Counted from the stretch's first letter, positions 10,654 through 19,296 are shown. The stretch is 40,129 nucleotides of DNA from Spirochaetales bacterium (GCA_028723145.1 JAQYFM010000119.1:1-40129), one strand, 5' to 3'. The notes: a model not told the origin generated them from the sequence alone. Program-made: numbers and translations.

Positions 10654-11247
10654 TTATACTAAATGTAGGTTTGTGATAAGAGACTTATCAAATGCCATGA
10701 AAGCCAAAGCCATTAAACCTGCAGAGATAAATGCAATAGGAACACCTTTGTATGACTTTCTAACAGGAGTTAACTCAAGCTTTTCTCTAATGTTACTCAT
10801 TAAGACAATAGCAAGTGTAAAGCCAAGACCTGCTGCAAGACCTGCAAAGAAACTTTCAAGTAAGTTATAGCCATTATCAATATTTAAAATTGCAATACCA
10901 AGGACTGCACAGTTTGTTGTAATCAATGGTAAGAAGATACCAAGTGCCTTGTAAAGTGATGGAGTCATCTTTCTAATAACCATCTCAACGAGCTGTACTA
11001 ATGCAGCAATTACTAAAATGAATGCTACTGTCTTTAAATACTCAAGAGCAAAAGGTACAAGTAAGAAGTAATAAACCATGTAACATACAACTGATGCTAC
11101 AGCTGTAACGAATGTAACAGCCATACCCATACCAAGTGCAGATTCACTGTTCTTTGATACACCAATAAAAGGGCAAAGACCCATGAACTGAACTAAAATA
11201 AAGTTCTGAACAAAAACATAGGTAATGATAATTCCAATATAGCTCAT
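10654..11247 (-). CDS. rnfA: Rnf complex subunit A
   Basis: FMGLCPFIGVS, LGIFLPLITTNCAVLG; start moved to ATG 11247 (AGAGGGG SD, just after rnfE stop). Confidence 0.95.
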   Translation of the reverse strand: MSYIGIIITYVFVQNFILVQFMGLCPFIGVSKNSESALGMGMAVTFVTAVASVVCYMVYYFLLVPFALEYLKTVAFILVIAALVQLVEMVIRKMTPSLYKALGIFLPLITTNCAVLGIAILNIDNGYNLLESFFAGLAAGLGFTLAIVLMSNIREKLELTPVRKSYKGVPIAFISAGLMALAFMAFDKSLITNLHLV

Positions 11248-11248
11248 A

Positions 11249-11884
11249 TTAACCCCTCTTTGCCTTTCTATCACCCATCCAATTGAAGAGTGCCTTTAAG
11301 TAACCCATAACTAAGAGAGCACCTGCTGCAAGTGTCATGACTCTAATTGGAGAATCTTTTAAGCCTGGAACTGTAATAATAATTCTTGCACTCTCACTTA
11401 AGTTGAGAAGTGTAATTTGTCCAGCACCTAAAATCTCTCTAATTGCTGCAATTAATATAAGAGAAAGTGTGAAACCTACACCCATACCAATTGCATCTAA
11501 AGCAGAGTCAAGGACAGTATTTTTATTTGCAAATGCTTCTGCTCTTCCGAGGATAATACAGTTTACTACGATGAGTGGAAGGTACACACCGAGAGCTGAA
11601 TAAACAGCAGGTACATATGCATGCATTACCATCTCTACAATTGTTACAAATGAAGCGATGATAACGATGTAAGAAGGTATTCTAATTGAATCAGGAATAA
11701 CCTTTCTTAAGAGTGAAATGATGATATTTGAACAAAGGAGTACAAACATTACACCAGCACCCATACCTATTGCATTAAATACTTGAGTTGTGACACCTAA
11801 GGTAGGACACATACCCAACATAATAATGAATACAGGATTTTCCTTTAAAATTCCTTTTGTTAATTCTTTGGTATGTGACATCAA
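11249..11884 (-). CDS. rnfE: Rnf complex subunit E
   Basis: ENP..MLGMCPTLGVT, LPLIVVNCIILGRAEAFA. Confidence 0.95.
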   Translation of the reverse strand: MMSHTKELTKGILKENPVFIIMLGMCPTLGVTTQVFNAIGMGAGVMFVLLCSNIIISLLRKVIPDSIRIPSYIVIIASFVTIVEMVMHAYVPAVYSALGVYLPLIVVNCIILGRAEAFANKNTVLDSALDAIGMGVGFTLSLILIAAIREILGAGQITLLNLSESARIIITVPGLKDSPIRVMTLAAGALLVMGYLKALFNWMGDRKAKRG

Positions 11885-12426
11885 TTACCTCCTAGGCTCT
11901 TAACATATTCACAGCCATTATTAATTGCGGAAGAAACTCCAGTAAATGTAACTGTAGCACCAGAAACAAGTGAAGGATCTGCAAGGTCATTTTTACTAGT
12001 TGGAATTGGTTTATCCGCACCAAAGCCAACAAATTGTTGCATGTACCAGCTTTCCTCACTCTTCTTTCCAAGACCAGGAGTTTCACTGTTAGCCATCATC
12101 TTAGCTCCAATTAACTCACCACTAGTCTTATAAGAAGCAACTAAAGTAATAGGACCACCATAACCATTTGAGTTAATCTCAAGGACATAACCCATAATAG
12201 TTTTTCCATCAACGAGAGTAATTACATAGTTAACATTACCCTCACCATCTCTCTTTTCACCAAGGCTATAACCACCACTAATATCCATCAATGCAGCACT
12301 AGTCTCTTTTAGAGCATTTGCAGCAATCTGAGGTGCGGTAATAGCATTTACACCAGCAAGGAGAGCTGCTGATACAGCACAGATAGCAAAAAGAATTAAT
12401 GCAATTTTAATATACTGTTTCATCAC
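11881..12426 (-). CDS. rnfG: Rnf complex subunit G (FMN-binding)
   Basis: N-terminal anchor, GYGGPI, SETPGLG, VSGATVT flavinylation motif. Confidence 0.93.
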   Translation of the reverse strand: MMKQYIKIALILFAICAVSAALLAGVNAITAPQIAANALKETSAALMDISGGYSLGEKRDGEGNVNYVITLVDGKTIMGYVLEINSNGYGGPITLVASYKTSGELIGAKMMANSETPGLGKKSEESWYMQQFVGFGADKPIPTSKNDLADPSLVSGATVTFTGVSSAINNGCEYVKSLGGN

Positions 12427-15395
12427 TTCTTCTCCTTTACGCTCTTAACATATCCAAATTTCTTTGGCTTGATGTATCTATCAATTGTAGGACTAACTAT
12501 GTTCATCAAAATAATAGCAAGAGATGTTCCTTCAGGAAGAGATCCAAAGTATCTAAAGAGGAATGTGAAGAATCCACATCCGATTGCAAAGATTACTTGG
12601 CCCTTAATTGTAGTAGGTGTTGTAACCCAGTCAGTTGCCATAAAGAAGGCACCAAGCATTAAACCACCGGTAAATATTGGAGTTAATATCTCACCATTAA
12701 ATAATCCAGCACCAGATGGAATACCACCAAAGAGCCATGAAAGAATTGCAAATGAACCAATGTAAACAACAGGAATATGCCATGTAATAACACCTGCTGC
12801 TATTAAGAATATTCCACCTACGATTAATAGTAGTGCTGATACTTCACCAATACATCCACCTTGATTACCAAAGAATGCATCAATTGTATATGGTGAAATT
12901 CCAGTCTTCTCACTTAAGGATTGAGCAAACTGTGTTACTGGTACATTAACTGATGAGAGAACACTCTCCATATCACCCTTAGCGCCACCAACTAATGCTG
13001 TCTTATTTGCAGAAAGCATTGTTGCAGTTGATACTGTATCAACTCCAGAGTTTTCACTAATAAAGGCAGAAACTTCATATGCAAGAACACTGTTAATTAA
13101 GTCGTGAAGATTATCATTAATCTTCTCAGGAAGCTCAAATTCGTAGTAAGTTGCTCCAGCAAAGTGCTTAGCACCACCAAGAATATCTGGGTATTTAGCA
13201 ATAACGCTATCTGCCCATGCAGCCATCTGATCAACTGAAATAACACTAGTTGGGTAATCAACTGTGATGTACTTATTTGCGATAGATGTTGCACCATTAA
13301 AACCTGCAGCACTGTACTCTACACCTGTAATCTTAGTTGCAGAAGAAACTGCATCAACTAATACTACTTCTGGCTTCATCAAAGATGCTAATTCAGACTT
13401 GAAGAATGAAATAAGACCATCGTGGTAGTTATCATTAATCTTATTAGGGAATACGAATTCAATGTTACTATCATTGAAGAAGTAAGTTACACCTGCAAAT
13501 AATGAGCTATTTTCATTAATGATTCTATCTGCCCATTCACTCATTTCAGCTTGGCTAATTTCGCTTGTATTGTAATCAACTGTTACATACTTATTTGCAA
13601 TAGCAATTGAACCACCGTAACCACTAGAAGCAAAGGTTTGCTTTGTAGCACTTGAAACTACATCAACTGCATTTTTCTTGATAAGTTTAGAAAGCTCTTT
13701 TTCAATGATTGCATTAACAACATTATGGTAATCATCACCAAGTGTATCATAAAGCTCAAGCTTAATTGAACCATTAGAGAGAGTATAATCAACACCCTCA
13801 AAGAAGAGCATGTATTTATTTTCAAGACCTTCAACAAAGGATTCAATCATCTTATCTGAAATAATTGAAGCAGGATATGTAATTGTAATGTACTTATCTG
13901 TAATAGAAGATGATGCTTCATAACCAGATTGCTCAAAGCTTAAGTCTGTTGTCTTTGTTGCACCACTTGTTGCATCAACAATACCATTTACATAGTTACT
14001 AAGCTGTTCTTTGATAAAACTTCTATAGGTTTCATGCATTGACTCTTCTAGAGTATCTGGAAGCTCAATTTCGTAGTAGCCTCTACCAGCAAAATGAGTA
14101 GAACCTTCAAAGAGTTCACCATATTTATCTATAAGCTGAGTAGTAAAATCACTAAGCTCTGTTTCGCCCATACCTTCAGGATAGTCGATAGTAATGTATT
14201 GGTTAGTAATAGAAATCTTACCACCAAAACCATTATCGCCCTCACTAGTAATTGTTGCGGAAGAAACTGCATCTACCTCTTCTTCATCACCTCCACCAAT
14301 GAAAGCAGAAATTTCACTCTTTACTACAGAGTTATACATATCATGGAGGTTATCATTGATTTTATTTGGTAGAGCAAATTCATATCCACCACCCTTAGCA
14401 GCAAAATGCTTTGCACCACTAAAGAGTTCAGGATATTTTGCAATAACACTATCAGCCCAAAGAGCCATATCATCTAAAGAGAACTTATCTTCAGGATATG
14501 CGACGGTAATATATTTGTTTGCAATTGTAGTTTTACCATCAAAACCATTTGCTCTGTAGCTTACACCTGAAATCTTAGTTGCTGATGAAGTAGCATCTAC
14601 AACTACAGGAGCGTTATCGATATAGTTTGCAATCTCAGTTCTGATAATTGAAATAAGACCTGTATGATAAAGATCATTAATCTTACTAGGAGCTTCAAAC
14701 TCAAGAACACCACTATTATTGAAGAAATATGTATAGCCGTCAAAAATCTTAGGATACTTTGCAATTACAGCATCAGCCCAAGCTGCGATGTCCTGTTGAG
14801 TATATTCTTTAGGGAAATCGACCTGAATATACTTGTTTGCGATTATTATCATACCACCCTTACCATTGCTCTCAGCAGTAGTAAGTGTAGCAGCAGATAC
14901 ACTATCAGCTGGTGCTACAATAGCTTCTTCAACATCATGACTTGGAAGTACATAGTTCACTTCGAGAGCATGTGGAAGAGCAAATGTACTCATTAGTGTT
15001 GTAAAACTAAAGAATACAAATACACGACCTGCAAGAGCAGGGTTCATCCAGTTACATCCAAGGCCGCCAAATGTCCACTTTACAACAGCAATTGCAAAAA
15101 CACTTGCAATAATTGGTACATATAGAGGAACTGTTGATGGCATATTCATACCAATTAACAATCCTGTAACAAGTGCAGACCCATCAAAAATTGTCTTTTC
15201 TTTATTAATCAAACCTAATAGGTATTCTGTTAATACACAGGTAATAATTGAAACGAGTAAGACAATTAATGCACTAAGGCCGAAGGAATAAACACCCCAA
15301 AGAGCTGCAGGAAGTAATGCTGCAGTAACAAGTAACATACTTTTTGTAATTGAGTTACTTGTATGAATATGAGGACTTACAGAAACGGTTTTCAC
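12423..15395 (-). CDS. rnfD: Rnf complex subunit D with ~620-aa repeat insertion (990 aa)
   Basis: SPHIH, SALVTGLL, FGGLGCNWMNPALAGR, then insertion, then GCIGEVS, GGLMLGAFFMATD.VTTP, LPEG; GTG start overlaps rnfC TAG. Confidence 0.93.
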   Translation of the reverse strand: MKTVSVSPHIHTSNSITKSMLLVTAALLPAALWGVYSFGLSALIVLLVSIITCVLTEYLLGLINKEKTIFDGSALVTGLLIGMNMPSTVPLYVPIIASVFAIAVVKWTFGGLGCNWMNPALAGRVFVFFSFTTLMSTFALPHALEVNYVLPSHDVEEAIVAPADSVSAATLTTAESNGKGGMIIIANKYIQVDFPKEYTQQDIAAWADAVIAKYPKIFDGYTYFFNNSGVLEFEAPSKINDLYHTGLISIIRTEIANYIDNAPVVVDATSSATKISGVSYRANGFDGKTTIANKYITVAYPEDKFSLDDMALWADSVIAKYPELFSGAKHFAAKGGGYEFALPNKINDNLHDMYNSVVKSEISAFIGGGDEEEVDAVSSATITSEGDNGFGGKISITNQYITIDYPEGMGETELSDFTTQLIDKYGELFEGSTHFAGRGYYEIELPDTLEESMHETYRSFIKEQLSNYVNGIVDATSGATKTTDLSFEQSGYEASSSITDKYITITYPASIISDKMIESFVEGLENKYMLFFEGVDYTLSNGSIKLELYDTLGDDYHNVVNAIIEKELSKLIKKNAVDVVSSATKQTFASSGYGGSIAIANKYVTVDYNTSEISQAEMSEWADRIINENSSLFAGVTYFFNDSNIEFVFPNKINDNYHDGLISFFKSELASLMKPEVVLVDAVSSATKITGVEYSAAGFNGATSIANKYITVDYPTSVISVDQMAAWADSVIAKYPDILGGAKHFAGATYYEFELPEKINDNLHDLINSVLAYEVSAFISENSGVDTVSTATMLSANKTALVGGAKGDMESVLSSVNVPVTQFAQSLSEKTGISPYTIDAFFGNQGGCIGEVSALLLIVGGIFLIAAGVITWHIPVVYIGSFAILSWLFGGIPSGAGLFNGEILTPIFTGGLMLGAFFMATDWVTTPTTIKGQVIFAIGCGFFTFLFRYFGSLPEGTSLAIILMNIVSPTIDRYIKPKKFGYVKSVKEKK
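13020..14906 (-). repeat. Six tandem ~99-108 aa protein repeats inside rnfD, bounded by seven DxxS[SAGT]AT motifs
   Basis: Motifs DSVSAAT (aa164), DATSSAT (267), DAVSSAT (375), DATSGAT (474), DVVSSAT (578), DAVSSAT (681), DTVSTAT (786); shared I[AT][ND][KQ]Y[IV] and a His in every unit. Confidence 0.95.
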
Positions 15396-16702
15396 TATTT
15401 TTTCCTCCCAAGTTTCTTACCAAGCTTAAAGCCTTGTACAAGAGGTAAATGAGCAGGACAAATATATGCACAACATCCACACTCCTTACAATCCATAAGG
15501 CCTAAATCCATTGCCTCTTGATAGTTTTTATACTTGATGTTTCTAAACATCTTGTTTGGCATTAATCCCATTGGACAGTGCTGAACACACTTTCCACAAG
15601 AAACACATACACCTGTATCAAGTTTTTCAGGAAGTAATGCTAAAAGTCCGGAAGACCCCTTTGTCATTGGTGTATCTTCATCCGAGAAAGCAAATCCCAT
15701 CATTGGACCACCACTAACAAGCTCTCCAACTTCCTCTGTATTATAGCCACCACAATATTGAAGTAAATCTGTAGCTTTAGTTCCAATAGGAGCTAAAAGG
15801 TTTTTTGGAGTAGTAATAGCTTCTCCAGAAATAGTAATTACTCTTTCAATTAATGGTTTATGGAATACAGCAGCTTCATATACAGCGTAAGAAGTTCCTA
15901 AGTTACATACTACAGCCCCAATATCAATCGGAAGCTTACCAGAAGGAATTTCTTTACCAATTGTTGCCTTTAATAACTGTTTTTCATCGCCTTGAGGATA
16001 CTTCATTTTAAGAGTCATAACACTAATATCATAACCCTTCTCTTTAATTAAACTCTCAAGATGACTTACTGCATCTAGTTTATTAGCTTCAATTCCAATA
16101 ATTGTCTTTGAAGGATTAAGAATCTTTTTTAAGACCATTACACCTTCTAGAACACCTTCAGCTCTTTCCATCATTACACGGTAGTCAGCTGTGAGATAAG
16201 GCTCACATTCAACACCATTAATAACTAATGCATCTACACTCTTAGCTGTTGGAATATTAAGTTTTACATTAGTTGGGAAGGTTGCACCACCCATACCAAC
16301 AATACCCATATTCTTTACAAGAGCAAGAAGATCTTCTTTAGTATCATTCTGCCAGTTATATCTCTTTTGGAACATCTCTGGCTGTACTTCATTTGGCTTA
16401 ATTACTAATGCATCAGCAACTACTCCACTTGCAAGACGAACTTTTCTAACATCTGTTACCGTTCCAGAAACTGGAGAATGAACATCTGCAGAAATGAAAG
16501 AGGAAGCTTCACCTATCTTTTCACCCTTCTCCACAACATCGCCATTCTTTTTTAGACAAAGTGCAGGTGCACCTAAATGCTGTGACATAGAAACTATTAG
16601 TTCACTAGGGAGAGGAAGGACCTCAATTGAAGCATTTTTGGCCAGCTCTTTCTTATCAGCAGGATGAACACCACCTTTTTTGAATGTGGAAATTCGACCC
16701 AT
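15395..16702 (-). CDS. rnfC: Rnf complex subunit C (FMN/FeS, NADH-binding)
   Basis: GGVHP, QHLGAP, GIVGMGGATFPT, INGVECEPYLTAD, KYPQGDEKQL, GGPMMG, two CxxCxxCxxxCP. Confidence 0.96.
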   Translation of the reverse strand: MGRISTFKKGGVHPADKKELAKNASIEVLPLPSELIVSMSQHLGAPALCLKKNGDVVEKGEKIGEASSFISADVHSPVSGTVTDVRKVRLASGVVADALVIKPNEVQPEMFQKRYNWQNDTKEDLLALVKNMGIVGMGGATFPTNVKLNIPTAKSVDALVINGVECEPYLTADYRVMMERAEGVLEGVMVLKKILNPSKTIIGIEANKLDAVSHLESLIKEKGYDISVMTLKMKYPQGDEKQLLKATIGKEIPSGKLPIDIGAVVCNLGTSYAVYEAAVFHKPLIERVITISGEAITTPKNLLAPIGTKATDLLQYCGGYNTEEVGELVSGGPMMGFAFSDEDTPMTKGSSGLLALLPEKLDTGVCVSCGKCVQHCPMGLMPNKMFRNIKYKNYQEAMDLGLMDCKECGCCAYICPAHLPLVQGFKLGKKLGRKK

Positions 16703-16945
16703 GATATATACTCCTTAAATATTATTTTCCGAATCGGTATTTTATCATTATTTTTGCAATACGTACACTGTAAAACCTCATTGTAATTATTTATTTTAAG
16801 CATCATACCGAATATATGAGAAAGAGAAACTTGTATTATCAAACCATACTAAGATACAAGTTCAATTATCTTTTATATTTCTTATAAAAGTTGATTACTG
16901 AAAACAATAGCTGATAGTCATAGCTAAACTCAAAAAGATATTTAT

Positions 16946-16974
16946 TTGACTAATGCTAAATACATTTTTATAAT
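16946..16974 (+). promoter_or_regulatory. Sigma70-type promoter TTGACT-17-TATAAT
   Basis: Near-consensus hexamers, 17-nt spacer, 8 nt before ATG 16983. Confidence 0.75.
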
Positions 16975-16982
16975 TCTAAGAA

Positions 16983-17840
16983 ATGAACAGGGTTTTTAAG
17001 TTTGCTTTTTCAAAACTAAATGGTATCAAGGTATTTGCGCTTGTTGGAAGATCTGGAACAGGCAAAAGTCATCATAGCAAACTGTTAGCTCAAAAATATC
17101 ATATCGATTTAATAATAGATGATGGATTATTAATTAAAGGTGATAAAATTGTTGCTGGACGCTCTGCAAAGCGTGATCCAAACTTCATTACAGCTGTTAG
17201 AACAGCAGTATTTGATGATGACCAACATAGAGAAAACGTATTAGATGCTCTTTTAAAAGAAAAATATAAAAAAATATTAATCATCGGAACTAGTGAAAAG
17301 ATGATTAATAAAATAATTGCACGTCTAGAACTACCTCCAGTAACTAGAGTATTTCATATTGAGGAAATTGCGACTCAAGAAGAAATTGAAACAGCTATGC
17401 GTATTAGGTTTACAGAAGGGAAACATGTAATTCCAGTTCCTTCAATTGAAATAACTCGCTCTTACCCTCAAATTGTTTATGACAGTATAAAAGTATTCTT
17501 TGGTAAAAAAAATCCATTTAAAAAAGAGCAAGGATTTGAAAAAACAATTGTACGTCCAGAATTCTCAAGACCTGATAAAGATTCTTTAAATGAAGTAACT
17601 CTTAACCAAATGGTTAAGCACTGTATTGATGAATACGATAAAGTAATTAAAGTTAAAAAGGTAAGATTAATTCAAAATAAAGGTGCTTCATATAATTTAA
17701 ACATCACACTTCAAGTACCACTTAGGCACTACATTGGACAATCAATGAGTGAGCTACAATCATACATTGCAGACTGTATTGAAAAATATGGTGGAATAAG
17801 AATTGATGGAGTATCAATAGAAATTGAAGAATGGGGCTAG
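16983..17840 (+). CDS. P-loop protein with possible C-terminal Asp23/Gls24-like domain
   Basis: ALVGRSGTGKS Walker A, IIDDGLLI, GKHVIPVP; C-terminal 'ELQSYIADCIEKYGGIRIDGVSIEI'. Confidence 0.6.
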   Translation: MNRVFKFAFSKLNGIKVFALVGRSGTGKSHHSKLLAQKYHIDLIIDDGLLIKGDKIVAGRSAKRDPNFITAVRTAVFDDDQHRENVLDALLKEKYKKILIIGTSEKMINKIIARLELPPVTRVFHIEEIATQEEIETAMRIRFTEGKHVIPVPSIEITRSYPQIVYDSIKVFFGKKNPFKKEQGFEKTIVRPEFSRPDKDSLNEVTLNQMVKHCIDEYDKVIKVKKVRLIQNKGASYNLNITLQVPLRHYIGQSMSELQSYIADCIEKYGGIRIDGVSIEIEEWG

Positions 17841-17852
17841 AGCCCCATTTTT
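17830..17852 (+). terminator. Intrinsic terminator between convergent genes
   Basis: AATGGGGCT-AG-AGCCCCATT followed by T run; stop codon lies at the hairpin tip. Confidence 0.65.
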
Positions 17853-19038
17853 ACATATCGTGAGCTTCTGCAGCGCTATTCGCATTAGGCTCTTGGTTTT
17901 TAATTTGTGTATTATTAGGTTTTTTCTTAGCCTTCTTTGCACCAGGACGAGTACTATTCTTTGTAGTTTTCTTTCTCTGAGTAAATTTTTTCTTATTTCT
18001 GTGCCCTAAATAATTTAATATAAGTTCTGAAGCTTTCTCAATTTCATAGTTAGGAGGAGTAAGAGGAGAAAGTAATACTTTAATTTGTCTAAATACTTCT
18101 CTTCTAAGTTCATCAAAAGAATGTGAACCTTCTGGAATTACCACAACTGAGCGAGATAAATAACAAATCATCTCAGCAGTAGCAACCTCTTTTTTACCAG
18201 AACTTCTTGACTCCTTAATCATATTATCAAGCTCTTGAAGATCATTAATAAAACTATCGTACTTTAAGTATAGAGCAATACATGGATTAATAAGATTAAG
18301 TAGTCTATATTTATTTAGCTCTTTAATAATTTTTGCAGATGCTCCTGATGAAAGGATTTTCATCACCTCATCTGTTAATCTAGATGTAGAGACCCCACTA
18401 ATTGCACTATGAAAGCGATAGATTGCTAACTTTACCCCAAGTGTTAATGTAAACCCAGTAGTACACTCATATTTTATTGCCCTAATCATTCTAACAGGGT
18501 CTTCTTTAAAGGAGTATGAAAGAGGTATTAATGAGCGAATTTTTTTCTTTTTAAAGTCATCAATTGCATCATTAAAGTCAATTAAGTGCCCATCTTGAGG
18601 GTTATAGTAAAGACTATTAATTGAATAATCTCTTCTATGAGAGTCCTGCTCCATTGTACCAAAGATATTATTATTTCCCTCTTCAAAGTTCTCTTCATCA
18701 CTTCTGAAAGTAGTTACTTCAATTATCTTATTATTGAAAAAGATGTGTACAATTCTAAATCTTCTTCCAATTATTCTTGAGTTCCAAAACAGTCTTTGAA
18801 TTTGCTTAGGAGAAGCACTTGTTGCAATATCGAAATCCTTTGGAGTTTTTCCAAGCATTAAATCCCTAATTGCACCACCTACAATGTATGCTTTTTCCCC
18901 ATTTGCTTGAATACGACGAATTACCCAGAGTGCATCTTTATCAATCTGGGAATTGCAAATTGGGTGTTCATTTTGTGTATATACCTTAGCAACAGGAATA
19001 TTTCTTCCTTTGCTATCAGTTTTATATCGTGTAAACAT
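17851..19038 (-). CDS. pcnB: Poly(A) polymerase I (PcnB family nucleotidyltransferase)
   Basis: YIVGGAIRDL, PKDFDIAT, PAP signature IIGRRFRIVHI, EVTTFR, RRDYSINSL, EDPVRMIRA; real start ATG 19038 because the longer ORF crosses the tRNA. Confidence 0.88.
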   Translation of the reverse strand: MFTRYKTDSKGRNIPVAKVYTQNEHPICNSQIDKDALWVIRRIQANGEKAYIVGGAIRDLMLGKTPKDFDIATSASPKQIQRLFWNSRIIGRRFRIVHIFFNNKIIEVTTFRSDEENFEEGNNNIFGTMEQDSHRRDYSINSLYYNPQDGHLIDFNDAIDDFKKKKIRSLIPLSYSFKEDPVRMIRAIKYECTTGFTLTLGVKLAIYRFHSAISGVSTSRLTDEVMKILSSGASAKIIKELNKYRLLNLINPCIALYLKYDSFINDLQELDNMIKESRSSGKKEVATAEMICYLSRSVVVIPEGSHSFDELRREVFRQIKVLLSPLTPPNYEIEKASELILNYLGHRNKKKFTQRKKTTKNSTRPGAKKAKKKPNNTQIKNQEPNANSAAEAHDM

Positions 19039-19045
19039 CTGCTTT

Positions 19046-19074
19046 ATTCTACAATTCGTATTATAAAATGACAA
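19046..19074 (-). promoter_or_regulatory. pcnB promoter TTGTCA-17-TAGAAT
   Basis: Hexamers at 19074-19069 and 19051-19046, 7 nt before ATG. Confidence 0.65.
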
Positions 19075-19080
19075 GAATTT

Positions 19081-19107
19081 AAAAGGACCGTTAATAACGG
19101 TCCTTTT
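19081..19107. terminator. Intrinsic terminator downstream of tRNA-Cys
   Basis: Inverted repeat AAAAGGACCGTTA-A-TAACGGTCCTTTT. Confidence 0.85.
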
Positions 19108-19111
19108 AGTG

Positions 19112-19185
19112 AGGTGTCGATCGGATTCGAACCGATGAAAGACGGTTTTGCAGACCGTTCCCTTAGGCCGCTTGGGTACAACACC
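19112..19185 (-). tRNA. tRNA-Cys (GCA), CCA not encoded
   Basis: GGTGTTG/CGACACC acceptor stem, ACGGT-CTGCAAA-ACCGT anticodon arm, ATCGG-TTCGAAT-CCGAT T arm, U discriminator. Confidence 0.95.
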
Positions 19186-19296
19186 TTGCTTATAGCTAGA
19201 ATGTACCAAAAAAAAATAAACTATGCAAGTAGCTTTTGATTTTCATTTGACAAGAGGAGCATTTTTAGCCGAAAATACAAAAAATTAGAGGTTAAT

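Noticed and set aside
11248-11274. rnfA start at 11274
   Set aside because: Overlaps rnfE; ATG 11247 has an SD and gives a normal N-terminus
13020-14906. rnfD insertion as an intein, mobile element, CRISPR array or assembly error
   Set aside because: No intein Cys/His-Asn ends, endonuclease or transposase motifs; repeats are in frame, protein-level and diverged in DNA
13020-14906. Repeats as multiheme cytochrome or Fe-S modules
   Set aside because: No Cys or CxxCH anywhere in the insertion
19039-19209. 57-aa N-terminal extension of PcnB in the ORF track
   Set aside because: It runs through tRNA-Cys and its terminator; a promoter sits right before ATG 19038
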